This document shows positions 50,013 through 59,037 of a stretch of DNA of 64,000 nt, one piece after another. Position 1 is the stretch's first letter; every line of letters begins with the position of its first letter. Source of the stretch: Candidatus Falkowbacteria bacterium RIFOXYC2_FULL_36_12. Its GTDB lineage: Bacteria > Patescibacteriota > Patescibacteriia > UBA11705. The stretch spans positions 129,148 through 193,147 of the forward strand of contig MFGJ01000008.1 of NCBI GenBank assembly GCA_001778235.1, in the 5' to 3' direction. The position numbers were made by a program, and so were the translations under genes. The notes below the pieces were generated by a model that was given only the letters and a program-made list of their open reading frames with translations, did not search any database and was not told the DNA's origin.

Positions 50013-50572
50013 TTCTTTTGATTTATTGGATTATGTTTTATATAAATTCTAATTTGGTCTAATGATTCATCGTTGCGAATTATGTGATCATAATATTGTT
50101 TCTGCCAAAATTGGACACCAATGGAATTATTCAATTTATTAATTTTTCGTGCGGAAAATGTTTTGAACCCGCGGATTATCTCACACAATTTGTATTTTTT
50201 ATCATAAACATTATTTGTAGGTGACGGTTTGAAACCGTCACCTACCGTTTCATCATCAATTAATTGCGGGTTCAAACCGTCACCTATCGATTCATCATCA
50301 ATCAATTGAATAATGCCATGCACATGGTCGGGCATAATAATAAATTCGTCCAAAACACAATTTTTATAATGATTTGGTAGATCATACCAACAATCTCTAA
50401 CAATTTTTCCTAATTCATTTAATAACATTTCATTATTTTCCACCGTACCTAGACAACAAAACCTGTTCTTTACACAAATTGTTATAAAATAAAAACCAGG
50501 ACTCGAATAATCCCAATTTTTTAATCTAAAAATCCCCTTATATTTCCCCCTATATAATTCCTTCTCATTCAT
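50009..50572 (-). CDS. IS200/IS605-family Y1 HUH transposase homologue (RAYT-like)
   Basis: HUH motif HVHGII and catalytic Tyr region QKQYYDHIIRN. Size and layout match TnpA(IS200)/RAYT. Confidence 0.7.
   Translation of the reverse strand: MNEKELYRGKYKGIFRLKNWDYSSPGFYFITICVKNRFCCLGTVENNEMLLNELGKIVRDCWYDLPNHYKNCVLDEFIIMPDHVHGIIQLIDDESIGDGLNPQLIDDETVGDGFKPSPTNNVYDKKYKLCEIIRGFKTFSARKINKLNNSIGVQFWQKQYYDHIIRNDESLDQIRIYIKHNPINQKK
50217..50245. repeat. REP-like palindrome GTAGGTGACGG-TTTGAAA-CCGTCACCTAC inside the transposase ORF, plus a 42-nt tandem duplication (50228..50311)
   Basis: 11-bp perfect stem starting with GTAG. The adjacent 42-nt units encode IDDESIGDGLNPQL / IDDETVGDGFKPSP in frame. 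Confidence 0.6.
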
Positions 50573-51366
50573 TATCCTGAAATAAATTTCATTACTTTGC
50601 CCAAATACTGCTTCACATCACTCGGTGCTTCAAAATCATGATCAGCTTTTCTCAAAATTATTTGTTTAATTTCTTTTGGGACTTTATTATTACTTACGAT
50701 TGGCACTTTGCTGTCAACCAAACTCTGAACTACCAAAATATGATTAAGCGGGATTGTTACAGTTGACAACAAATCCTGATAATCCATTTCAATATTTTCA
50801 ATAAAATAATCATTTTTTAACCAATGAGCCTTGCGCTCATATTTTTTTTGTTTAATGAAAAGTTTATATTTTAATGGACTGAAAAACCTTTTATAATTAT
50901 CCCAAGTGATTGTCTTTTTATCTTTATACATTCCTCGAACAAAATAATATTTCAAAATTTCTTCCTGATTCCAAGCAGGAGCAAACAAGACTACTTTTGA
51001 AATAAATTTATTTTTTTCCTGAAGGGAATTTACAACCATACAGCCAGCAATACTATGACCAACAACAACTATTTCTTTTAATTGCGGACAGACTCTTTTA
51101 AATGCTTCAAGAGCTGAATCAAATTCTAAAGTTGATTTTTCAACCGTAAAATCTTCAAATTTACCTTCAGACAAACCACAGCCAGAAAAATCAAACCTAA
51201 AAGTGGAATATTTATCTTTTATTCCCTGAAAAATATTTCGAAACTTGTATTCATAACAATTCCTCTCAAATCCATGAACGAAAATTATCCCTTTTGAGCC
51301 AGAGTGTTTAGTCACAACTCCTCGGAGTAAATCTCCACGAAAATTTTTGAACTCAATTATCTGCAT
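50572..51366 (-). CDS. alpha/beta-fold hydrolase
   Basis: GHSIAG nucleophile elbow (GxSxG) and HGF oxyanion region. Confidence 0.6.
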   Translation of the reverse strand: MQIIEFKNFRGDLLRGVVTKHSGSKGIIFVHGFERNCYEYKFRNIFQGIKDKYSTFRFDFSGCGLSEGKFEDFTVEKSTLEFDSALEAFKRVCPQLKEIVVVGHSIAGCMVVNSLQEKNKFISKVVLFAPAWNQEEILKYYFVRGMYKDKKTITWDNYKRFFSPLKYKLFIKQKKYERKAHWLKNDYFIENIEMDYQDLLSTVTIPLNHILVVQSLVDSKVPIVSNNKVPKEIKQIILRKADHDFEAPSDVKQYLGKVMKFISG

Positions 51367-51367
51367 A

Positions 51368-52018
51368 TTATAAATATTTAAGAATACTTTTCATATCTCT
51401 ACTGTTTATTATTACATCTGCCTCTTTTTCCAATTCTCCATTTTTTGGATTAAAAGCAATAAATAAGCCTGCAATCTCCCCCATTGGAATATCTGTGATA
51501 GAATCACCAACGACCACAACATCCTTACCTGACACCTTATATTTCTTCATATAATTTTTTAATACTTCTGGTTTAACATACCGATCAACTTTCCTTTTTA
51601 ATTTTCCTGTTGCAATATTATGCTTGTATTGCAAAATATTTCCTGCCACAAAATCCAAATTCAACTTCTTGGCTAAAACCTCTAAAATAAATTGCGGATT
51701 TGAACTTATTGCTCCAACAATAATTTTTCTTTGTTTTAGCTTTGATATTACTTGCTTCACATTCTTTGCCAACCGAACATCAATATAACCAGAAGCGATT
51801 TGTAAAAGATATGTCTTTTTATAATTTTTAAATAATTCAGCCAATTGTTCGAGCCCCCATGGCCCTTTATTTTTTCTTTTTTCATATTCTGCATGCAATT
51901 TCGCGACTTCCTTTTCTTTTCCCAAAAATTCAGCCACTTCTTTAAATCCACCTTTTTCAACCTCAAGTAAAACCCCATCAACATCAAAAACAACCATCTG
52001 TTTTGCTCTTTTAGTCAT
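51368..52018 (-). CDS. HAD-superfamily phosphatase (phosphoserine-phosphatase-like)
   Basis: DVDGVLL motif I and GDSITD motif IV. Confidence 0.65.
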   Translation of the reverse strand: MTKRAKQMVVFDVDGVLLEVEKGGFKEVAEFLGKEKEVAKLHAEYEKRKNKGPWGLEQLAELFKNYKKTYLLQIASGYIDVRLAKNVKQVISKLKQRKIIVGAISSNPQFILEVLAKKLNLDFVAGNILQYKHNIATGKLKRKVDRYVKPEVLKNYMKKYKVSGKDVVVVGDSITDIPMGEIAGLFIAFNPKNGELEKEADVIINSRDMKSILKYL

Positions 52019-52128
52019 AAATTGAATTTCGTGAATTAATAGCCATCTTATTATAAATTATACCTCATTTGAAAAAAATATACCTTTTTGATTACAAATT
52101 CAACAATTTTTATCCACATTTAATTAAT

Positions 52129-52176
52129 TTGACAATATTTTCATAGATGATATATTATTAGTAATGATTATCATTA
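52129..52176 (+). promoter_or_regulatory. Promoter TTGACA-16-TATATT followed by the Fur-box-like palindrome TAATGATTATCATTA abutting the start codon
   Basis: -35 at 52129..52134, -10 at 52151..52156. The 15-bp palindrome at 52162..52176 matches the Fur consensus core AATGATAATCATT at 12/13. Confidence 0.55.
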
Positions 52177-52182
52177 ATATTT

Positions 52183-52596
52183 ATGCTCAATTATACTGAT
52201 TTAAAAACTAATATCAATAAATCAGGACAAAGACTCACACCACAAAGATTAACCATCCTGAAATATTTGCAAAGTGTTACCTGTCATCCAACCGCTGAAA
52301 AAATTTATCATCATGTCCGTCAAACAATTCCAAATGTCAGTCTAGGTACAGTCTATCGCAATTTAAATTATTTAGCACAAAAAGGTTTAATCATCCAATT
52401 TCAAAAAGACGCTAACCTTACATGCTTTGATGGTAATCCTTCAGATCACCTGCATTTCATCTGCCAAAAATGCCACAAAGTTTATGACATTTTCGAAAAC
52501 TCACCAATTGATGAAAAAAAACTGAAACAAATTGGTCAGCCACAAAAAATTGAATGTAAAATTTATGGGACTTGTAACAAATGTTTAAATAAATAA
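52183..52596 (+). CDS. Fur-family transcriptional regulator (PerR/Fur-like)
   Basis: Winged-helix N-terminal domain and HxH...CxxC...CxxC metal sites (HLHFICQKCHKV...CNKC). Confidence 0.8.
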   Translation: MLNYTDLKTNINKSGQRLTPQRLTILKYLQSVTCHPTAEKIYHHVRQTIPNVSLGTVYRNLNYLAQKGLIIQFQKDANLTCFDGNPSDHLHFICQKCHKVYDIFENSPIDEKKLKQIGQPQKIECKIYGTCNKCLNK

Positions 52597-52658
52597 TTAA
52601 CAATTTGTAATACTATAATCTCTGTCCCTGCATTTCGTAAAAATAACCCACCCAAATT

Positions 52659-53237
52659 ATGGAAACACAAAATTATTCACTCATAAATCAACCACTTCCT
52701 GACTTTGAGGTTGATATCTACCACCAAGGAAAAGAAAAAAAAATCAAACTTTCAGATTACCGAGGTAAATGGTTGATTTTATTCTTCTACCCAGCAGACT
52801 TCACCTTTGTCTGCCCAACAGAATTAAGAGAACTTGCCCAAAATTATGAGGCAATTAAAAATGAAAATGCCGAAGTTATCAGCTTCAGTACTGACACCGT
52901 CTTTGTTCACAAAGCTTGGCATGACAATTCTGACGCTATTTCTGGAGTTCAATTTCCTATGGCCGCTGACCCAACCGGCAAAGTTTGCAAAGCCCTAGGA
53001 ACCTATATCCCGGACGAAGGACTCTCACTAAGAGCAACCTTTATTATTGATCCAGAGGGAATTATTAAAGCCATTGAGATTCAAGACAACAATATTGGTC
53101 GAAGTGCCTCTGAAATGCTTCGTAAAATCCAAGCAGCAAAATTCGTAGCTGAACACGGAGGAGAAGTTTGTCCTGCTAGCTGGAAACCAGGAGACAAAAC
53201 CTTAAAACCAGATCTTGATCTCGTCGGCAAAATCTAA
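52659..53237 (+). CDS. typical 2-Cys peroxiredoxin (AhpC/Prx1 type)
   Basis: Peroxidatic Cys in FTFVCPTEL and resolving Cys in EVCPASW. Confidence 0.85.
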   Translation: METQNYSLINQPLPDFEVDIYHQGKEKKIKLSDYRGKWLILFFYPADFTFVCPTELRELAQNYEAIKNENAEVISFSTDTVFVHKAWHDNSDAISGVQFPMAADPTGKVCKALGTYIPDEGLSLRATFIIDPEGIIKAIEIQDNNIGRSASEMLRKIQAAKFVAEHGGEVCPASWKPGDKTLKPDLDLVGKI

Positions 53238-53354
53238 CCTAACTAAACTAATTCAGCATTATCAAGAAATAAAGCAATCACCCCTATCACATCATTCACA
53301 CCAATAACAACTTTACTTGCTTTATTCTTATCTCGCTGACCTCGCTAAAAAAAT

Positions 53355-53933
53355 ATGTTTGAATTACCAAAATTGGATTATCCCTATGATGCGCTTGAGC
53401 CACACATTGACGCGCATACAATGGAAATTCATCACTTAAAACATCATCAAGGCTACACTGACAAATTCAACGCTGTACTAGAAAAATACCCCATAATTGG
53501 CTCAATGCCTCTGGAAAATATTTTCCAAAAATTAAATGACCTAGAAATAGCTGAACCAGACCGCCAAGCAATCCGCAACAATGGAGGCGGTTACATCAAT
53601 CACAAAATTTTCTGGCAATCAATGGCGCCCGAAAAACAAATTGATCATGAGCTTATCAAAGAAATTGAAACTTCTTTTGGTTCAGTCGAAAATTTCAAAC
53701 AACAATTTTCCGATATTGCCAAAAATCAATTCGGCAGTGGCTGGGCTTGGCTTGTCAGAGATCAAAATAATGCCTTAAAAATTTATTCCCTACTCAATCA
53801 AGATTCACCTTATACATTAGGACATACCCCTATTTTCAACCTGGATGTTTGGGAACATGCCTACTACCTTAAGTACCAAAACAAACGCCCAGACTATGTT
53901 GAAGCTTGGTGGAATGTATTGAAGTTTTTATAA
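53355..53933 (+). CDS. Fe/Mn superoxide dismutase
   Basis: LPxLxYxYDALEPHID, HHxKHH and DVWEHAYY metal-ligand motifs. Confidence 0.9.
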   Translation: MFELPKLDYPYDALEPHIDAHTMEIHHLKHHQGYTDKFNAVLEKYPIIGSMPLENIFQKLNDLEIAEPDRQAIRNNGGGYINHKIFWQSMAPEKQIDHELIKEIETSFGSVENFKQQFSDIAKNQFGSGWAWLVRDQNNALKIYSLLNQDSPYTLGHTPIFNLDVWEHAYYLKYQNKRPDYVEAWWNVLKFL

Positions 53934-54021
53934 ACAAACTTCATTTTAAAAGATCCTAAGAAATTTAATATAAAAATAACTTGCGTGATTGGCCTCATGC
54001 GAGTTATTTTTACCAGCTACT

Positions 54022-56853
54022 ATGCAAATAAACACAAAAATTAAAAAAAGAAATGGTAATATTGTCGAGTTTGATAATCAAAAAATAAAAACTGCCATCA
54101 GTAAAGCAGCTGAAGCATCAGGAGATAAAATTGAAAATGGATTATTACAAACAATCTCCCAGGAAGTAATCACTGACCTAGAACTTAAATTTTTCAACCA
54201 AGACATCATACCCAATGTCGAAGATGTCCAGAATTTTGTTGAAAAAAAATTAATGGAAAAAGGCTTTTTCCGAACAGCTAAACACTATATTATTTATCGC
54301 TATGAACATTTCAAGACACGAGAAGAACATAGACAACAAATCCAACAAAAATTAGACAACAATCAACTCTATGTCATCAAAAAAAATGGCAATAAACAAC
54401 TTTTTTCAATTGAGAAAATAAAAAAATTCATCTTAAACTTTACTCAAAACAATCAAAGCCAAATTGATATTGATTCTATCGCCAGACAAACACAAAAAGA
54501 AGTTTTTGAAGGCATCGACACCAAAAAAATCCAAGAAACCATCATTCTGGCAACCAGAGCTAAGATCGAACAAGAGCCGAGTTACTCCACTCTGGCAACA
54601 AAGATTCTCTCCGACTCTATCTACAAAGAAGTGATACAAATAAATCGTAAAACTGAAAACCTTGAACAAAAACATCAACAAGCTTTTATAAATTACATCA
54701 AGAAAGCCGTCAAACTAAAAATTCTTGATGTCAGAATGTTACTATTTGATTTAGAAAAACTTGCAAAAATCATTAATATTGAGAGAGATGAACTATTTGA
54801 ATACATGGGACTTCAAACTCTCTACGATCGATATCTGATTCGTAATCCCCAAAATAATATTCTACTAGAAACCCCACAATTTTTCTGGATGCGTGTAGCC
54901 ATGGGTTTAGCAATCGAAGAAAATAATCAAGATCAAAAAGCCGAAGAATTTTATAATATTATTTCTACTTTGCATTATGTCCCCTCAACACCAACACTCT
55001 TTCATGCTGGGACAATTCACCCACAATTGAGTTCCTGTTATCTCACAACTGTTGAAGATTCACTTGAACACATTTTCAAATCCATTGGTGACAATGCTCA
55101 ACTTTCAAAATGGTCAGGCGGAATAGGCAATGATTGGACCAACATTCGTGGTATGGGTGCTCTGATCAAAGGCACCCGGGTTGAAAGTCAAGGTGTAATT
55201 CCTTTTCTTAAAATCGCCAACGATACAACCGTAGCCATAAATCGCAGTGGTCGAAGACGCGGAGCCACTTGCGCTTACCTTGAAGCTTGGCATTATGATT
55301 TTGAAGACTTTTTGGAACTCCGTCGTAATACCGGTGATGAAAGAAGAAGAACTCATGATATGAATACAGCTGCTTGGATTCCAGACTTGTTTATGAAAAG
55401 AATTGCCGAAGACAAAGATTGGACTTTTTTTTCACCAGATGAGGTCCCAGACCTTCATCACATCTATGGCCAACAATTTGAACAACAATATGAGCACTAT
55501 GAAAAACTGGCTGAACAAGGAAAAATGAAATTATTTAAAAAAATAAAAGCCAAAGAACTCTGGAGAAAAATGCTCACCATGCTATTCGAAACCGGACATC
55601 CCTGGATCACTTTCAAAGATCCTTGCAACCTCCGTTCACCCCAAGATCATGTTGGAGTAATTCACAATTCTAATTTATGCACTGAAATAACTCTAAATAC
55701 TTCAGTTGAAGAAACAGCCGTTTGCAATCTTGGATCAATAAACCTCGCCAGACACATTTCAAATGGACAACTTGATAAAGAAAAACTCCAATCAACAATT
55801 GATACTGCCATCAGAATGCTCGACAATGTTATTGATATCAATTTCTATCCAACAAAAGAAGCAAAATTTGCCAATTTGAAACATCGCCCGATTGGACTCG
55901 GCATCATGGGTTATCAAGATGCTCTATATCAAATGAACATAAATTTTGATAGTGATAAAGCCATCGAATTTGCAGACCAATCAATGGAATTTATTTCATA
56001 TCACGCTATTTTAGGTTCATCAAAATTAGCAGAAGAAAAAGGAGCTTATAAAACATTCCCAAATTCCAAATGGGCCCGTGGTATCTTGCCCCATGACACA
56101 ATTACACTGCTTGAAAAAGAACGAGGCCAAGAAATCCCAATCAACAAATCTCAAACACTTAATTGGGAATATGTTCGACAAGAAATTATGGCAAAAGGCA
56201 TGAGAAATTCAAACTGCATGGCAATTGCCCCAACCGCCACCATTTCAAACATTGCCGGTTGCCTGCCAAGCATAGAACCAATCTATAAAAACATCTATGT
56301 CAAATCAAACATGAGTGGTGAATTTACTATTGTAAATCAATATCTTATAGAAGATTTGAAAAAAATAAATCTTTGGAACGAAGAAATGCTTAATCAAATC
56401 AAAAAAAATGATGGCGATATTAGTAATATTGAATTCATTCCAAAAGATCTAAGAACAAAATACAAAGAAACCTTTAGCATTGATGCGGAATGGCTGATTA
56501 AATCTGCTGCCCACAGAGGTAAATGGATCGACCAGAGCCAATCACTCAATATTTACCTAAAAACTACTTCTGGAAAAAGAATTTCTGAAGTCTACCAATA
56601 CGCCTGGAAGCTTGGACTGAAAACCACTTACTATTTACGCACATTAGCTGCTTCGGGCATAGAAAAAAGTACTTTAGAGATAAAACAACAAAACATTACT
56701 TCCAAAGATAATATTCAAGTCGCCAATGTCTCTGACAAAATAAAAGCACAGGCATCTTCTCAAGATACCTTAACCAAGCAACAACAATTTGCTGAATCCA
56801 GTTCAGTAAAATTATGCAAAATCAATGATCCAGAGTGTGAAGCTTGCCAATAA
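54022..56853 (+). CDS. nrdA: class Ia ribonucleoside-diphosphate reductase alpha subunit (with ATP-cone)
   Basis: N-terminal ATP-cone (KRNGNIVEFDNQKI), catalytic NLCTEI and C-terminal CxxC. The track start is TTG 53989; the ATG is at 54022. Confidence 0.9.
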   Translation: MQINTKIKKRNGNIVEFDNQKIKTAISKAAEASGDKIENGLLQTISQEVITDLELKFFNQDIIPNVEDVQNFVEKKLMEKGFFRTAKHYIIYRYEHFKTREEHRQQIQQKLDNNQLYVIKKNGNKQLFSIEKIKKFILNFTQNNQSQIDIDSIARQTQKEVFEGIDTKKIQETIILATRAKIEQEPSYSTLATKILSDSIYKEVIQINRKTENLEQKHQQAFINYIKKAVKLKILDVRMLLFDLEKLAKIINIERDELFEYMGLQTLYDRYLIRNPQNNILLETPQFFWMRVAMGLAIEENNQDQKAEEFYNIISTLHYVPSTPTLFHAGTIHPQLSSCYLTTVEDSLEHIFKSIGDNAQLSKWSGGIGNDWTNIRGMGALIKGTRVESQGVIPFLKIANDTTVAINRSGRRRGATCAYLEAWHYDFEDFLELRRNTGDERRRTHDMNTAAWIPDLFMKRIAEDKDWTFFSPDEVPDLHHIYGQQFEQQYEHYEKLAEQGKMKLFKKIKAKELWRKMLTMLFETGHPWITFKDPCNLRSPQDHVGVIHNSNLCTEITLNTSVEETAVCNLGSINLARHISNGQLDKEKLQSTIDTAIRMLDNVIDINFYPTKEAKFANLKHRPIGLGIMGYQDALYQMNINFDSDKAIEFADQSMEFISYHAILGSSKLAEEKGAYKTFPNSKWARGILPHDTITLLEKERGQEIPINKSQTLNWEYVRQEIMAKGMRNSNCMAIAPTATISNIAGCLPSIEPIYKNIYVKSNMSGEFTIVNQYLIEDLKKINLWNEEMLNQIKKNDGDISNIEFIPKDLRTKYKETFSIDAEWLIKSAAHRGKWIDQSQSLNIYLKTTSGKRISEVYQYAWKLGLKTTYYLRTLAASGIEKSTLEIKQQNITSKDNIQVANVSDKIKAQASSQDTLTKQQQFAESSSVKLCKINDPECEACQ

Positions 56854-56871
56854 ACTATAAATTACAAAAAT

Positions 56872-57885
56872 ATGAATCAAAGAAAAAAAATTATCAATTG
56901 CAATCTGACAGATCCCAATAAAATTCTGCCCTTTCAATATCCTTGGGCTAGAGTTCATTACAAAACAGGTGTTGCCAACAACTGGACACCAGAAGAAGTT
57001 CCAATGCAACAAGACATTGAACTCTGGAATAAGCAAGGAACAGGCTCTCTAACCGATAACGAGAAAAAAATGATTCTATGGAACCTTGGATTTTTTTCAA
57101 CTGCCGAAAGTCTAACCGCCAACAACATAGTTCTAGCAATTTATCGCCATGTTACCAACCCAGAATGTCGACAATACCTACTTCGACAAGGCTATGAAGA
57201 AGCTATTCACACTGACACTTTTATTTATATCTGTGATTCCTTGGGGTTAGACCCAGATGAGGTATATAATATGTATCAAAATACCTCCAGTATAAAAGCC
57301 AAAGATGATTTTGTTGTAGCAATCACCGAGTCAATACTAGATCCAAACTTCAAAACTGATACAGTTGAAAATATTCAAAAATTTGTTTCTGATTTAATCG
57401 GCTATTATATCATTATGGAAGGAATATTTTTTTATGCTGGCTTTGCAATGATGTTGTCACTACTTCGACAAAACCGAATGATAGGTATTGGTGAACAATT
57501 TCAGTATATTCTGCGTGATGAAACAACCCATTTAGCTTTTGGTGCGGATTTGATCAATACTATTGTCGAAGAAAATCCTGAAATTTGGACCGATGAATTC
57601 AGACAAACAATTGTCGAAAATATCCAAAAAGCAGTTAAACTTGAAGTCGCCTATGCCGAAGATGCACTGCCAATAGGGATTATGGGATTAAACTCTGAAA
57701 TAATTAAAGAGTACATGGAACATATTGCTGACCGCCGACTAGAAAGAATAAATCTTCAAAAAATTTACAATGCTGGAAATCCATTTCCTTGGATGAGTGA
57801 AATAGTTGATTTGAAAAAAGAAAAAAATTTCTTTGAAACCAGAGTGACAGAATATCAAACTGGCGGTAATCTTGACTGGGATTAA
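56872..57885 (+). CDS. nrdB: ribonucleotide reductase beta subunit
   Basis: Ferritin-like di-iron ligand helices (EEAIHTDTF, EGIFFYAGF...DETTH). Confidence 0.9.
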   Translation: MNQRKKIINCNLTDPNKILPFQYPWARVHYKTGVANNWTPEEVPMQQDIELWNKQGTGSLTDNEKKMILWNLGFFSTAESLTANNIVLAIYRHVTNPECRQYLLRQGYEEAIHTDTFIYICDSLGLDPDEVYNMYQNTSSIKAKDDFVVAITESILDPNFKTDTVENIQKFVSDLIGYYIIMEGIFFYAGFAMMLSLLRQNRMIGIGEQFQYILRDETTHLAFGADLINTIVEENPEIWTDEFRQTIVENIQKAVKLEVAYAEDALPIGIMGLNSEIIKEYMEHIADRRLERINLQKIYNAGNPFPWMSEIVDLKKEKNFFETRVTEYQTGGNLDWD

Positions 57886-58006
57886 TTTCATTCAGCTTTC
57901 CACCCAAATTTTACAAAAAAACTGCTTATTCACTTAAGCAGTTTTGACATTATTTCATTTTTATATTAAGATACTTTATTGTTCCTTCAATCACCAGGAG
58001 GGAACC

Positions 58007-58423
58007 ATGAGTCTAAACTTCTTTGACCCAAACAGTATTACATCCTTGCATGCAGATTGCCAAAAAGCAGTTGAAGCCTTCTACCAGAAAATTTTCACAC
58101 ATATTGTTGGTCTTGACCGAAGACATTACCAGGACAATATTTATGCTTTTACCAACATTTTGTTCAAAATCTGCCTGCGAAGAAACTGTAATCTAATTTC
58201 GCTTCATAGAGGTTATAACTATAAACAAAGAAAATCTCTTGAAATATATTGCATGAAGCAAGTCAGACGAAAACTTGAATCAAAGCTTGTGACTGATGGA
58301 TATAATCTCGATGATGCTCTTCGAATTATTGCTGGAACATTCAAACTACAGATGGCTTTATATGTTCATTTTGGTCTTCAAGTAGAAGATTTTAGTCTGA
58401 TCGAAACAGGTCCAATTAATTAA
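58007..58423 (+). CDS. hypothetical protein (139 aa)
   Basis: AGGAGGG SD 5 nt before the ATG at 58007. No family recognised. Confidence 0.4.
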   Translation: MSLNFFDPNSITSLHADCQKAVEAFYQKIFTHIVGLDRRHYQDNIYAFTNILFKICLRRNCNLISLHRGYNYKQRKSLEIYCMKQVRRKLESKLVTDGYNLDDALRIIAGTFKLQMALYVHFGLQVEDFSLIETGPIN

Positions 58424-58432
58424 GCGTGGAAA

Positions 58433-58915
58433 CTACCGCGTTTTTTTTATTTCTGCTTGCAAGTCTTTCAACACCTGTTTAGCATGTTCAGCTGGTTTAA
58501 CCGACCTATATATTTTGAAAATTCTTCCTTTTGGGTCAATTAGGTATGACATTCTTTTTATTCCAAGAAAACTTTTACCAAACATTATTTTCTTTTGCCA
58601 AACACCATATTTTTCTAATATTTTTTTCTTTTCATCTGACAAAATAGTAAATGGTAATTTATGTTTCTCTGAAAAATTATTATGACTCTCTATACTATCA
58701 GCGCTAATCCCCAAAATCACAGCTTTTATTTTTCCAAACTCTGAATAATTATCACGAATAGAACAAGCTTCTTGAATACAACCTGGAGTATTATCTTTTG
58801 GATAAAAATAAATTAAAACCCATTGATTTTTATAATCACCCAAACGATGTTTTGCCCCCATTTGATCAGGCAGGGTAAAATCAGGTGCCACATCGCCAAT
58901 TTTTAATTCAGACAT
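58433..58915 (-). CDS. bcp: peroxiredoxin Bcp (thiol peroxidase, 1-Cys/atypical 2-Cys type)
   Basis: PKDNTPGCIQEAC motif. Confidence 0.85.
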   Translation of the reverse strand: MSELKIGDVAPDFTLPDQMGAKHRLGDYKNQWVLIYFYPKDNTPGCIQEACSIRDNYSEFGKIKAVILGISADSIESHNNFSEKHKLPFTILSDEKKKILEKYGVWQKKIMFGKSFLGIKRMSYLIDPKGRIFKIYRSVKPAEHAKQVLKDLQAEIKKTR

Positions 58916-58978
58916 ATATATAATTTATGATTTATATACTTTATCATAACCTATTTTAACAATATTTAAAACAAAAAA

Positions 58979-59007
58979 CCGCTTGATTATGCCACTATCT
59001 CAAGCGG
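58979..59007 (-). terminator. Rho-independent terminator (ccgcttga...tcaagcgg + T6 on the minus strand)
   Basis: 8-bp stem. On the minus strand it is followed by ttttttgtttt. Confidence 0.55.
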
Positions 59008-59037
59008 TTCAAATTTAGAATCTTTATATCTTCTAGC

